The position numbers and the translations under genes are program-made. The notes below the pieces were generated by a model. The model saw nothing but the letters and a program-made list of their open reading frames with translations, did not search any database and was not told the DNA's origin. Shown piece by piece: positions 1-12,440 of a stretch of DNA of 64,000 nt (within the stretch, counting starts at the first letter, position 1; each line of letters begins with the position of its first letter). Source of the DNA: Folioceros fuciformis (taxonomy: Eukaryota); contig JBNGIO010006217.1 in the NCBI GenBank assembly GCA_049999805.1, positions 124,543 through 188,542 on the forward strand, read 5' to 3'.

Positions 1-1890
1 CACCGGCTCTGCTCACGGTACGAAGCCGTCCAGCGACAAGTGTAGCTGGAAACTTTACAGCTTCATATGCCTGCTGACCATTTTTTCGGTTTCGATGAGC
101 AAGACCTTTTTCGCGGACTCCTACTGAAGCTCCGAGCTCTTTGCCTCTAGCAAACTAACTTCCTGTGCAGGCAGAGGGGAAAGCTCTTAGCACAATCATA
201 TCCGTGATGGCAGGTATGTATGTGAATATGACGAACAAAATACATTTCAACTGACCTTGGATGTGAAGTAATAATGGTAATCGCTAACCCTCATGTCCGC
301 AACACCGAGAGCTCCCTGATGCCACCGCAAGACGAGACAAGCCGTGAATACGAGTGCAAAACCACAGAAAGGAAAGGGGAGTAAACTTCCGGGCCGACAG
401 GAAAATCTAACCTGCTTCACAAGCAATTACAGCGACTCGGGACAGCCCGCCCCGGACTCTTGCAAGGGCAGGCTGTCACCTAGGCAGTCTGCTCAAGTGC
501 AGAGGAGCCATGCAATAGTTGAAGTAGAGTTGCTACAGATAGTCCGTCTATCAATCCCTGATCTCAGACATGAGCAGCCTGCTAGAAAAGTTTCTCCCCA
601 GGTCTGCATGATGAATGATCACACCATCCACCCTTCTCAACTCCTCCACACGTTCTCTTCTGAGGACCTCGGGGCAAAACCTTGCCTTTCCCCCATCCGA
701 TTAGCGCATTCACCAGTCCTTGCAATCTCAAGGTCCTTCACCAGACCCTCTTGCTGGACAAGAGACGAGACACCAATCAAAAGAGCACCGCAAAATCCTA
801 ACGTGCTGCAGAGACAACACCCGATTCATTCAAACTCAAACCCTACCTCAGATCGTCATGCAAAACGGCAACACGGATTCTGTCCTTCGCCTCACCGGGC
901 TTCTACTTTCACATCACTCCCTGCGAACTCACATAGATACAGCACCATAGCCTCTGGAGCTCCTCAGAGTCAACAACACCTCGCTCTCGCCTGGAAAGGC
1001 ATAGTCCAGCAGCTCCGTTCTGGTCGCCATCGCCGACTATTGCTGCTGCTTCCCGTCTTCCTCGTCCCCCACTGCGTCTTCTGATCTGATTATTCCAGCC
1101 ACTCTCCATCAAGGCAAACTACATCATCTCGCAGGCAAGGAAAACCGCTACCAGCATAATTCACGATTGGAACGTCAGGCGTCAGGACACACGACTTCCC
1201 GGTGCCGGACACTGCACAGGCACCGACACTGGTAGAAGGGCCTGCTCCTTCGCTAGAGAGGGTGACATCCCCCGGCCGGGAAAATATAGTTGGGTCGCAT
1301 ATTTAAACAGCGACTGGGAATCTTCCCCGAAAGCTACCATTTGTCTCTGGGCGCCGTGGCGACCGCTTGGTCTAGCGTGGCGTACACCGGACGTTGCTGG
1401 GGCTGGTTTTAGGGGGAAGATACTAGCCGGTTGCCGCCAGGTGAGCAGCTTATGGTTGGTCCTGGTTGGAGTCGCTATAAAGAGGTTGCCGGCAGGGTAA
1501 AGTGTGGTGGCCATGGTCCAAGAAGGCGGACGAGCGTGGGGGAAAAAGGAAGGAACGAGAGAAGGAATTGATCGCTACAGCCCCACTGATTCCTGTCCTT
1601 GCGTGACGCACGCGCTGTGGTCCCGTGTTGTGATTTCCGGCTTTTACCCGTTTTGTTTGTGGGCTGGACTGGACTGGACTGGACTGCCTGAATTTCTTCC
1701 TCGGCCTGCTGGGTCGGACTTGTCTTCTTCAGTTGGTGAAGGGCAGGAGTTGGGCGGTGGATTTGAGTGGCATTGTGCGGGCATGGGGAGGAGGAAATTC
1801 GGAGATTCTAACGAAGAAGACGTGGCTTGATGCGGTGAGGGGGTGGGGGTGGGCGATTTTAGAACTTGGGACTCAGGATTGGCATTGGAG

Positions 1891-4212
1891 ATGGCGGAGG
1901 CCGCTCTGGTGCGTGGAGGGATTGCGGGAGGGAGAAAGTGCGCTCTCCTTCCGGCAATGATTGCGGCGTCGCGGCAGCGCAGGTTATCGCTGTATTTGGC
2001 TGCTTCGTCGTCGGTAGGAAGTGGGAGGCTGAGATCGAGTTTGTGCTCCTGCGTGGATAGGGATGGGGCGTTGGGTTCTGCATTTTCAACGCTTTTTGAT
2101 CCCTCGTGCTCTTCCTCGGTGGTAAGTGGAGCCCGTTTTGGGTCTCTGGGGCTGAGGGAAAGAAGGAATCTGGGGCCTCGTGTTGGGAGGAGTCGGTCGT
2201 ACGCGAGAGATGGAGCTGGGGACGCAGATGACCTTGTTGCAAACCTGTATACTGCTTTGGATGGGGATGAGCAGGAGAAGCCGAGGAATGTGTGGAGGGT
2301 TGGAGAGGTGGATGTGCCGAAACAGCTGCTGTTCACCATTCTAGCGGCTGGTCTGACCATTTCCTTCGCCGTGAGTAACAAGATTTTGTACAAGATGGCC
2401 TTGGTGCCCATGGCGAGATATCCGTTCTTTTTGGCACAGTTGACGACGTTCGGGTCAGTCAGTGGTTTCTTCAGTACTCTTCGCGTTGTCTTGGGGACAT
2501 GTTCTCCCCCTTGCAATGCAGAGCATAAATGTTTCATGTCCTGATGTACAGGTATGTCGCAGTTTACTTCTCAATTCTATATATCCGCTACCGCGCAGGA
2601 ATTGTGACAAAGGAGATGTTAGAGCTTCCTAAGAGTAGATTAGCTGCCATTGGTGGGTTGGAGGCTTTGGCCATAGCTTCGGGAATGGCATCTGCAGGTA
2701 ACTGAGGTTAGCCTCTTGGGCAAGGACCGTCTCGTCATAATTCTGTTGGGGCTTCATTTTTGAATGTGGGTGCATGGGTGGTTGATTCTGTGCAGCGGTT
2801 CTCCCGGGAGCTGCTATTCCTATCCTAGCTCAGGTAGTTGGCGCATAGCATGAGAGGGAAGCTCAGGTTGATTTGCTGATCTTTGAATTGGGTTTGTTCC
2901 TATGTTGCTGCGTTGTAGCTGATGTCCCTTCTTTCTCCGATGGATTTGGTGGCGTGCAGGTGTATTTGGTGTGGCAGCTGCTGCTCTCATATTCTTTTCT
3001 TGGGAAACGATACACTCTGGGCCAATTGGCCGGTTGTTGGCTCGTCATTATTGGAGTCGTGATTGTGGTTGCAAGGTACTTGACTGCAAAGCTTCTGGGG
3101 GCCCAGCTTTATCTCTTGTCACTGCCCGTAGAATGCGACTGGCGCTGATCCTCTTGCGGGCTGGTTGACTTGTTTGCAGTGGAAGTAAAGGGACTTTATC
3201 CCTTGAGCCTCAAATTCTCTGGTCCATTTTGATGATAGTGTCAACTGGTTTCTCTGCTGCTGCCAACATTCTGAAGGTCAGGCTTGTTTCCGTTTTTCAC
3301 ATCAGCCTCTTGCCCCTCTTGACTTCTTGTCCTTTCTGAATCTCCACTGGTGGAATGGAATCAGGAAGCTGTGTTTCAAGATGCCAGCAGGCGCATAAAG
3401 GTGTGTTATCTGTCTTGATTTCCTCCCATTTCATGCATACACAGCTACAACGCCGTGGGACCTTCTTCGTCTTATTTTTGATATGGATCCAGGGAGGTGT
3501 CGACATCTTCGTGGTGAACTCATTCGGATCAGGATTCCAGGTAGATTCCTGTCCACCGAAGAATGTAACTCTGGGTTGCATGCAGGATGACCCAAGGATT
3601 CTGACATCTTCGGTACCATGTTTACGTCCCCGATGCAGGCTCTATTTGTCCTGCTTTTACTCCCCTTTCTCTCGAATCTGAGAGGGATACCTTTTCTGGA
3701 GCTACCGATGTATTTCAGGGACGGAGCGGCCTGCTTTCTGAACACGGGTTCTTTAGTTGGGGGTATGGTCTATGTTTCAGACGTAATGTGCTCGCTGTGT
3801 TTCTGAGCTGTTTGTGCGGATTAGCAAGTTTTGAGGATCGTTGATTGGTTGTGCAGCTTGTGATGGAGCTCCTCTCGTTCCTCTGTTGTACATATTTGTG
3901 AATCTATCTTTCAACATCGCGGCCCTGACGCTTTTGAAAAGAACTTCGGCGATTGTAGCTTCCCTTGTCATGACGCTGGCTGGTGAGATTTCCACAACAA
4001 CATGCTTTGCCTTCTTGCATGATCTGATGACCCTTGGTCTAAAAGCTTTTCTCTGGCTTTCAACAGTGCCCCTAGGTGTGTGGAGCTTCACCCTGAACTT
4101 GCCATACCTAGGACCGCCTTCTCCTCTGCCTCCACGTCTTTGGTTTGGTGCCTTTGTTCTAGTGTCTGGCCTGGCGGCTTACAATTACGCTTCTCAGACT
4201 AGAAAAGGCTAA
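1891..4212 (+). CDS. CLT: Chloroquine-resistance-transporter-like plastid thiol transporter (CLT1/2/3 family), multi-exon
   Basis: Exon translations NKILYKMALVPMARYPFFLAQLTTFG / YVAVYFSILYIRYRAGIVTKEML / GGVDIFVVNSFGSGFQ / ALFVLLLLPFLSNLRGIPF / CDGAPLVPLLYIFVNLSFNI are CLT signatures. Ser/Arg-rich transit-like N-terminus from ATG 1891; TAA at 4210-4212; GT-AG introns. Confidence 0.9.
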
Positions 4213-4576
4213 GAAGTGTAAAACTCCTGCTTGGCAACTGGGGTAGGAAAATTGGTGCAGAACTTGGCATCTTCTCTGTACAAATCACACAAGAACATTT
4301 TTGCAGGCAGGACATGGTTGTCCATCTACCATCGAATGTATTATTTATTCCATGTCAACAGGCTACTTTGCCCAGTGACTGTTGCAGTGTGCGCAAAGTT
4401 ACAGCATCAATGTGCCGTTGCCTTATAGATCTGCAGGGTTTGGTCTCCTGTAGTTCCAACAGTTACAGTAATAGCCACGACGTCACTCATCAGACATAGC
4501 TACGTATCAAATTGGTCTATTGATCTGTAACCTGTGAAAGCGCATCCTTACTCTAAGGGGTCACGGACGGGAATCT

Positions 4577-6478
4577 CTATATCACACTCCAGACAGTACT
4601 TGCTATTCTGGACGATAGGTCACAAAACATGCACACTTTTCTGAATAAGACGTCTATAATGCTTCCTCTCTGTACATCCTTATCTCTACTTTGTTTGTTC
4701 CAAAGATGGATTGCGTAGGAAGCGCTCTCCAGCTGCTCGAGCTTCGCAAGTTGCCAGTCCATCTCCTCCTGTGTGCTTGGACTCCTGAAGAATTTTCCGA
4801 TCCTTGCCCAGTTGACAGGGTAAAACGCAGATGGAGAAGCTATGCAGAAGTTGTATCCCTCACGGCCAACCAAGTTTCGAGTGACGCGGGTAGCCAAGTA
4901 GGGCCCATTGTGACCCCATTTGTTGCCATTAAAAGTCGTGGCGAACTCCTGAATATATTTGTACAGAACAGGGCTCTTCTTGTCAAAGATCATCACCGCA
5001 TTGTTTAGCCGAGCCCATTCTCCTGTTGAGGCATATACGCTCTGGGCCCCGATGACGTTTCTCAGGCCCGAGAGATCCCTTAGCAACAGAACATCATTGT
5101 CTACGTAAATTCCACCATATTTGTACAAAGCAGCCATCCGCAAGATGTTGGACAAGTTTTGACTTAGCGATATCTCGCCTGGGTCTTGGTTCCCGCTCTT
5201 GAGAGCTTTGAACCAGTCAGCTGCAGGAGTGCCTCTAAAAAGAAAGGGGAGATCAGGAGAAACCGCTGTAACCCGCAGGCTTCTGTCTGCAAAGGGCTGC
5301 AGCATCTTTCTTCCCTCTGAAGTGTCAAAGGACCTGGAAAGTATGACGACACAGGCAGAAGGGTGCATGGTCAACACACTCTCCAGGCATATATGCTCCC
5401 GAGGACCAAAAGCTGAAAGGGGCGCTATCCAGGTTAGGAAAAACCGGAGCTTGCACTCCCCTGATTTGTTAGTAGCTTCACTGGAATGTACATAATTCCC
5501 ATCGTGCCCTTCACCCGATGGGCCTGGAGGTTTCCCAGGATCCCTGACATGCCCGGACCTGTCATCCACCCGCTCTGAGTCCAACAACGAGAACCTCTCC
5601 TGGGTCGTCTGCTCCGGACGCAACCCAGATTCATTCCTCGTTCCTTCACTTTCCTTCCTCACTAAATAATCAGGACTACTGAAAAAATCTTTCAAGCGCC
5701 TGGAAAACTGCTGAGAGACAGAGTCCACTCGTAGGATTTTGAAGTTTTCCCAATTGAGCTTCAGCCACTTTCGCCTTCCCTGAGACGTGAACTTCTGAAG
5801 ATATTGCCGCAGGTCCATCCCATCCAGTTCCCCTCTCCAGTTGAGCAACTCAGAAATTGAGACTGTTCCTCCTTCATCCTCTGCAAGAGGCTGGCTGGTT
5901 CTAACGGGCTTCTTTTTTTTCTCGGGCTTCAACGGAACTGCTAGTCCAGCAGGGTCAAGCCCTGGCCCGCTTACGCCAGAAACCTCCTTCCCCTCTTGGT
6001 CTGGTCCTGAAGTTCCTCTGCTCTCCTCAGCCAAAGTTGCCTTGCTCTGCAGGTAAGCTCCTGCGTGACTATTGTCTACAACGTTTCTATACAGAATGTG
6101 TATCACCTCCTTACCTTTGGTCCCCTCCCCCAGAATGCTCTTCCCGTCCACGACAAGAGTCTCATTTTCCCTGTAGGTAAGCTTGCCATATTCAGGCAGT
6201 CTCAGAGGCTGCACAGTGTAAGAGTCATTCACCGTGTTGGAGCGACTGCGCAGTGAAACATCAGAGCCTGGCCACACCGTCATAGACAGGGACGGCGATA
6301 TCGTATGGCGAGGTAGGAGTTCGCGCACGCATACGACAAGGAAAAGTACAAGCACAACGCCGGTCAGGGAAACTGACGGGAGCCACGGCAGAGGTCCCCT
6401 TCGAACACAAGCACGTTTTCCTCCAAGGTTCAAGTTTGACGGCATTTCTCGGAGCTTCCGCCTCTCAGTACTCAGCAT
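4577..6478 (-). CDS. Alpha-1,4-glycosyltransferase family protein (GT32, lactosylceramide 4-alpha-galactosyltransferase-like), single exon, type II membrane anchor
   Basis: Contains LSNILRMAALYKYGGIYVDNDV (DxD), NNAVMIF, WGHNGPYL, AFYPVNW and YAIHLWNKQS, plus an N-terminal hydrophobic segment (VVLVLFLVVCV). First ATG at 6478. Confidence 0.9.
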   Translation of the reverse strand: MLSTERRKLREMPSNLNLGGKRACVRRGPLPWLPSVSLTGVVLVLFLVVCVRELLPRHTISPSLSMTVWPGSDVSLRSRSNTVNDSYTVQPLRLPEYGKLTYRENETLVVDGKSILGEGTKGKEVIHILYRNVVDNSHAGAYLQSKATLAEESRGTSGPDQEGKEVSGVSGPGLDPAGLAVPLKPEKKKKPVRTSQPLAEDEGGTVSISELLNWRGELDGMDLRQYLQKFTSQGRRKWLKLNWENFKILRVDSVSQQFSRRLKDFFSSPDYLVRKESEGTRNESGLRPEQTTQERFSLLDSERVDDRSGHVRDPGKPPGPSGEGHDGNYVHSSEATNKSGECKLRFFLTWIAPLSAFGPREHICLESVLTMHPSACVVILSRSFDTSEGRKMLQPFADRSLRVTAVSPDLPFLFRGTPAADWFKALKSGNQDPGEISLSQNLSNILRMAALYKYGGIYVDNDVLLLRDLSGLRNVIGAQSVYASTGEWARLNNAVMIFDKKSPVLYKYIQEFATTFNGNKWGHNGPYLATRVTRNLVGREGYNFCIASPSAFYPVNWARIGKFFRSPSTQEEMDWQLAKLEQLESASYAIHLWNKQSRDKDVQRGSIIDVLFRKVCMFCDLSSRIASTVWSVI

Positions 6479-8912
6479 ACTCGACTTCCGTGGTGTCAAA
6501 TGGTGCGCTGATGACAGATGAGGGTGTCAAACACGCCGACTGCGGGAATACCTTCGCCACTGCAATTCCCGAACTAATCACCTCACTCCTGCCAAAATCA
6601 AACACAATCCCCCGGATCCCCACGCTACCGGGAGCTGCACATGCGTGCAAGCCTTGCACCTCCTTCACACCTGCAACAAATTGCGAGAAAGACGCAAAGG
6701 CTCTCAGCAAGCGAACCAAGAAACGAACAATGCGACAGCAAACCGTCACAAAGCACGCCGATCATCTACCTCACACAACCAAACCTTGATCCTCATAAAA
6801 CTGGAGGCATCGTTTGCCAATTGAACCTCACTCAACACCCACACACACCACGACGCAAAACAAGCACCTCGGCCGCCACGCAGTCAAGAAATCCTAAGAA
6901 AACCGGGAATCTTTCATCCTCCACAGCACACGCTTCACAAATCAAACAGAGCTCCAGCCGAATTCCAACCTCATCCATCCATCCAGCACCAAGCCTCGCT
7001 TGCTGCGATCCAGCTGCAGCTTCACAAATTCGAATGCCACCGAGAGCACCTCGGAGGACGCTACCCGGATGTGAGGCCGATGGCAAGGCAGGCTCAAATC
7101 GCACCAAGCCGTGGCTGCAAATCCAACATGGGCAGGCCCGGCACACCTGGCCTGCCCCGCAGCCGCTCATACATAGCAAGCGAGGATGCCACAGACCGGG
7201 AATTGCAATGCGACAGCCACACCCCGGCCTTGCCTGGGCCAGTCCATGCCACACGCAAAGCACCGGCAGGAGCCACAGCCAGGGCCAGGGCCAGCAGCAG
7301 CCGCAAGGAGACGTGCAGGCATTTGCGATCTTTACGCTCCGGCGCACTCACTCTTGTCCAGGGTCCATGCCTGCCCAAACTTTTTCTCATCATTTTTCTT
7401 TGTCTGCAATGCCGTCCCGATCCAGCCTCCTCACCCCAGTCTGGTCCTGCAATTCAAAAAAGTGCAGCCTTTCATTTTCAAAAATCCCAACGTTTTACCC
7501 GTCGGGGGGTGCGCATTCCCACAGGATATTTTTTGGGGTGTGTTCGACGTCAGGAAACATAGTGTGTCCCATCCTCATATTTACGTAGCCAGTTCCAATG
7601 CTTACCTTAGCATATATGTATACATTTTAAAAAACATATGTGCTAATAATATAAGTGTAGAAGAGTAGATATCCATGTGCCTAAAGAATGTACATACATA
7701 CGATGTAGATCGTGTGAGCGGCGGGCTTGCGCCGCTCGGGCTGATACGGTTTCGCCAGACAGCCGCTTCGGTGCCCTTCAATGAGAGCCTCCAACTTCCA
7801 TGAGTGGCAACGGTTTTGGTGCCCTCCGCCTTTAACGAGCGGCGCGAACGTGTGACCCACGCCATCTCATGATCCCCTTCCGTTACCTTTCCTTCCAGCC
7901 CCGTTCCGTTGATATGCGTTCCATTCCGTTAAGCCATGGATGGAGCCCGCTGCCCGCCCAGTCTCCGGCAGGGCACATGGCCGGTGTTGGGCGATATAGG
8001 CGGGTGGATATTCATGTGTTGAAATATCTGCGGCAACGAGACAGTAGCCAGGTAAGACGCCACCGACGTCCAGTGCACGCGGACAGGAGACCAGGAGGGC
8101 ACGAGGGAAACGAACCTTTGTCAGAGCGGAATCCAGGCCAGTCAGATGCCATCCAGGAGATGGCGGGCTCCAGAAGTTCGGGGCCGCACGACTCACGAGT
8201 CGACGTCGGGGGCCCTTCGCTCCTTCGACACGCGGAGAAACCTTAACGGACGCCGGCTGCCTGTCCTGCCACACAACCCAGCACTTCCTTTAGCAGGAGG
8301 AGCAAGCCATCCGTGTCCCTCCAATTCCACCTCCAATCCGACAAGCTCTGCTAAAATCGAGATGGGGAAACGGTGGAAGGAAGTCAACCTGCATCAGCTT
8401 TTCCGTCTCTGCATTAGCTTTTCCGTCTCTGCATTGGCCTGCCCAGAGCAGTGGAGAGAGGACAGTGAGAAGGGATAGTACATACAGCTCTGGCGACGTG
8501 GATCGTGATCCCGTGCAGCCCACCCTGGTGGAGAGCGACAAGGTGGAGAAGGCAGGTGGCTCATCACAATGGGCATGAAAATGGGGCGAAAGTGGGCATG
8601 ACAGTGGCATGCATACATACGACGAGAGAAGCAAAGAAAGCGTTGCAACTTTCCACCAGCAAAGAACTTGGTGCACATAATGGAGACAAAGGACGAAGCA
8701 TGCGTTGTGGTTTCACCGTACATATCAGTTACCCAATTGTCATATTGTATGTGCCATCGTGACCTGCTTGCCTGACAGCAGATGTGGCCACGTTAGATGC
8801 AGCCGAGCCTGAGCCATTTATGACAGTCTTGGAAAGACAATGAGAGCGGGAAAGCCCCAGCAGGAAGAAGCCGATGTGACGCGTAGCAAGCTGCTGTTGC
8901 CTTGACCGGATG

Positions 8913-11638
8913 CTAGTGCCGTGGAGCGGTGCTGAGAGCATTCAACAAATCTGAAATCAGGTCGTCCACGTCTTCTATGCCCACCTGCGAAGTGACACGG
9001 CCCAGAGGCACCCATCAACGTCGGTCCGGATGACGGGCATGAAAGGGATAGCTGAGAGGCATTCGATACATGTGAGATGACCTAGGAGGGCCTAAACAAG
9101 AGAGAGACTGGTTGATGGCACGTACTGAGAGACGGATCAAGTCCTCGAACAAGCCTCTCGCTTTCCGAACCTCTGCTGGAATGCTGGCGTGAGACATGAA
9201 GCAAGGTAAGCTGATTAACGACTTCACGCTACCTGCATCAGGATGTGTACGACAACAAAGAGTCACATCATTCCCATGTGCACAGCGAAGTGGAATCTAC
9301 ATCGGGACAGCACGTGCACAGCGAAGTGGGGACTACATCAGTAAAGGGATGTAGCGATCAGCTTACCAAAGCTTACAGTGATGCTGAAAAGCTTGGTCTG
9401 TTCAGCAATGTGCTTGGAGATCTCCAGGGACCCTGTCGTGAAGCTCAACACAGAACCTGCACCTTTGCACTGTTGTCCACAGCATATCAGCAACCTGAGA
9501 CTTCGGTGTAAGGTGTAAGGTTGTGCAACGGCTGGACGTGGGTCACCTGAGAAAAGTGGAGATCACGCCCAGGGTGGCCAGGCAGCCCCGCGTAGTTCAC
9601 TCGTTTGACAAGAGTGTGTCCTGCCAGGAATTCGGCGATCTTCTGTGCACTGGCCTGTTGAACTGGGAACATCTCAGCAGGTTTGACAAGGGAAAGAGTA
9701 CAGAACAAAGGCAAACAGACAAAGTGGATATCTGCATCTGAGCACCTGCTGCTTCTCTACCCTCAGGGCCATCGTCTTGATGCCCCGGAGGCACAACCAG
9801 CAGTCAAACGGTGCTAGACCTGTCCCCTCTGCATTCTGGAGGAAGTAGATATCTTTCGCCAAGCTGCAACGAGGGAAAATCAGCCCTCACCGTATAAGCC
9901 ACGATTCATGGTGAAGCAGCTACAGATACACACCTCTCCCCCTTCACAGCCAGGATCCCCGCCATCACATCACTGTGACCAGCAATGAATTTTGTGGCTG
10001 AGTGCATCACGATGTCTGCACAAGCACTGACATGAGAAGTTGAAGCCAACCAATTCAAAACCACTTAGCAACACACTAATTATTAAAGCACCTGCTCCGA
10101 GGGACAGTGGTTTGGAAAGAACGGGAGACATGATGCTGTTATCAACAATCACAATAGCTCCGTATTCGTGTGCCACTTTTGATATTGCCTGCCCACGGTC
10201 AGTTGCTAACCTGTTTTAGTGACGTTCCTACTGGTGAATCAAGAAAACAAGATAATTAAAGCCAGAGTGATCGGATGAGAAACCCGGATATCAGATATCT
10301 GCTGTCGTGGGTTAGTTGGACTTTCTAGCCAGACGAGCTTTGTCTTAGGCCCAATAGAAGCTTTTACTTCTTCCAGATTGCTTGTGTCTATTCTCCTACA
10401 CATAAAATCCACAGCAAATCAAAACAAAGATGATACCAGACAAATCAAAATGCAGTAAGTCAAAACAGTGAAAAAGAACTCCCCGCATGGAAAAAATTAT
10501 AGCTTACTTCACGATAACACCCGATTTCGGCACAACTCTCGATAGGAGCCTATCAGATCCCCCATATATGTCATCACCAGCCACAATCTCCTGCCCTGCA
10601 GACAAACACAATCCGTGATAGGAACGCTTAGATTTGTTCAGAAGGAAGACCAAACAAGCATACATTAGCCATGCCTCACCTGCTTGAACCAGATGTGTCA
10701 CTGTAGCCAAAGCAGCCATCCCAGTACTGAAGGAGAATGCTCGATCCGCACCCTCAAGCTGAGCGACCAATCTGATTGTCCACTGTCAACTCAAATTCTA
10801 TAATAAAAGCCTTAATTGTAACGAATGTCTGGAAGAGCAAATCCTGCCAGAAAATGACCTTACTCACTTCTCCAGGGCATCACGTGTCGGGTTGCCACTC
10901 CTTGTGTAGTCATACTGGCCATTCTCTGTGGCCGAGGGCTGGCATCAACAGAAAGGAAATGCAAGGAACACATGACTCAGCTTCTGGAAATCCAAGTGCC
11001 CCGTTCAGACATAATGTAGCAAGAGGATACCTGCTTGAAGGTCGCGGTCTGGTACAGGGGAGTGCTAAGAGCTTCATATGGATCAAACGAATTATCCAGT
11101 TGCAGCAGCTGCGTTGAGACGCTCAGCTCTCTTTTCTGTACAGCTGAGAGAGACCAAATTCTTATCATTGCGATGACCAGTCCAAGCCTCAGCAGCTTGG
11201 CACCACAGAGCGCTTCTCACTTCAGGTAAGAGAATACAAATGTCACAGCCGCAAATTACCAGCATCTGGCGCTTTCAACAACTCCAGAGCATCTCCCTTT
11301 TTCACCACAGTATCATCAACTACGGATTCCCCTGCGTGAGGTTCAGCACGACACCTCACCCCCACAGATATTGATTGCCATTTGGCATTCCCCAAAGCTC
11401 CGTTGTGGCATATCTGCAAGTAGACGGTAAAAAAAATATTTTGACTCTCACATTCCGAAGCAAGAGCAGTCCTCAGTCTCACCTTCAGACCCAGCCCTAC
11501 AAAGTGAGAGCCACATGCTCTGCGGGGAAGGCGAGAGCCTCTCAACGACGAGCTCCGGCTGACAGGAAACCGTGGAAGCTCTTCCACTACTGTACGTGCA
11601 TGGAAGGACGAGGCAGCCCTCTCCATGGCCACCGCCAT
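8913..11638 (-). CDS. CBL: Cystathionine beta-lyase, plastid, multi-exon
   Basis: Exons [78 protein letters not shown] (PLP lysine), [47 protein letters not shown]. Stop TAG at 8915-8913. Confidence 0.95.
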
Positions 11639-11834
11639 CGCCTTCCTGCGCTGAGCGTGGAATCGATTCCCAGCTATGGGAAAGGCGTTATACAATCACG
11701 TTGAAAACGGAGTCCGTTGCAGTAGTTGCACGTTCGGTTCACGGGTTAGGGATGCAGGTCGAACTTCTGCCCTTTTCCCGTTTTACAATTCAGATCAAAA
11801 TTGTGGAAGATAGAGCGACGACGCTGACACGGCG

Positions 11835-12440
11835 ATGGCTGGAGGGCAGGGGAAGGTAGCAGCAAAGGGAGGCCAGCAAAAGGGGAAGGCAGACTCTAAG
11901 CCCGTCAAGAAAAACACTGTACAAAGCAAGGCCCCAGCAGCGGGAGGAAAGAGCGTGGAAAATCCAGGCTCCGGGAGCAAGGGCAAGGCGAAGGAGGATG
12001 CGCCGAAGGCAAAGTTCTATGTCAAGGACGGGAAGAACTACAGCTACAAGGTGCTCAAATCGAGCTTTCTGCAAACAGTCGTCTTCGATTTCGACAGTCT
12101 GATTTTTTTGATCTGACACTTTCTGCCGATGCAGGTGCCGGGATCTGTAGAGGTGGGAAGCGTGCAGGAAGCGGAGGCTCTGATGAAAGTGCAAGAGGAA
12201 ACCATTCACGGTCTAGGGCCGGGTGGTAATGTTCATCTGAATGGGGAAGACTCCGAAGAGGAGACCTCTGAGGAAGAGGAACTTGAAGTTATTAACAACA
12301 CGATGCGAGGAGAAGCAAGTGTTGGTCGGGGAAGAGGTGCTGGCGGTCCGGGCAGAGGGAGGGGGCGTGCATATGACAAGCATCATCAGAAAGATCGTGC
12401 CTCCAGGAAACATTTCACCAGCCTAGGTGGTGGATATTAG
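11835..12440 (+). CDS. Small (~173 aa) two-exon protein resembling the C-terminal region of plant ASCC2/CUE-domain proteins, with no CUE domain
   Basis: Exon 1 11835-12050, GT-AG intron 12051-12134, exon 2 12135-12440. The spliced product reads KFYVKDGKNYSYK|VPGSVEV...EETIHGLGPGGNVHL...RGRGRAYDKHHQKDRASRKHFTSLGGGY. The family match is recalled from memory. Confidence 0.7.

Noticed and set aside
1-1500. ORFs 344-1084 (+) and 909-1112 (-), and a possible minus-strand gene running off the left edge
   Set aside because: No recognisable domain and no consistent exon chain could be built. It may be the 5' part or UTR of a neighbouring gene but cannot be supported.
1644-2537. Long antisense ORFs over CLT (likewise over the RING, PPR and BDP1 genes)
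   Set aside because: Shadow frames of GC-rich coding sequence on the opposite strand.
6641-8800. Several overlapping 100-315 aa ORFs (including a Cys-rich minus ORF), a GC hairpin at ~7716-7737 and a 20-bp duplication at ~8391-8434
   Set aside because: GC-rich low-complexity frames without motifs, probably UTR/promoter of the glycosyltransferase and intergenic DNA. The hairpin lacks a convincing Helitron CTRR end.
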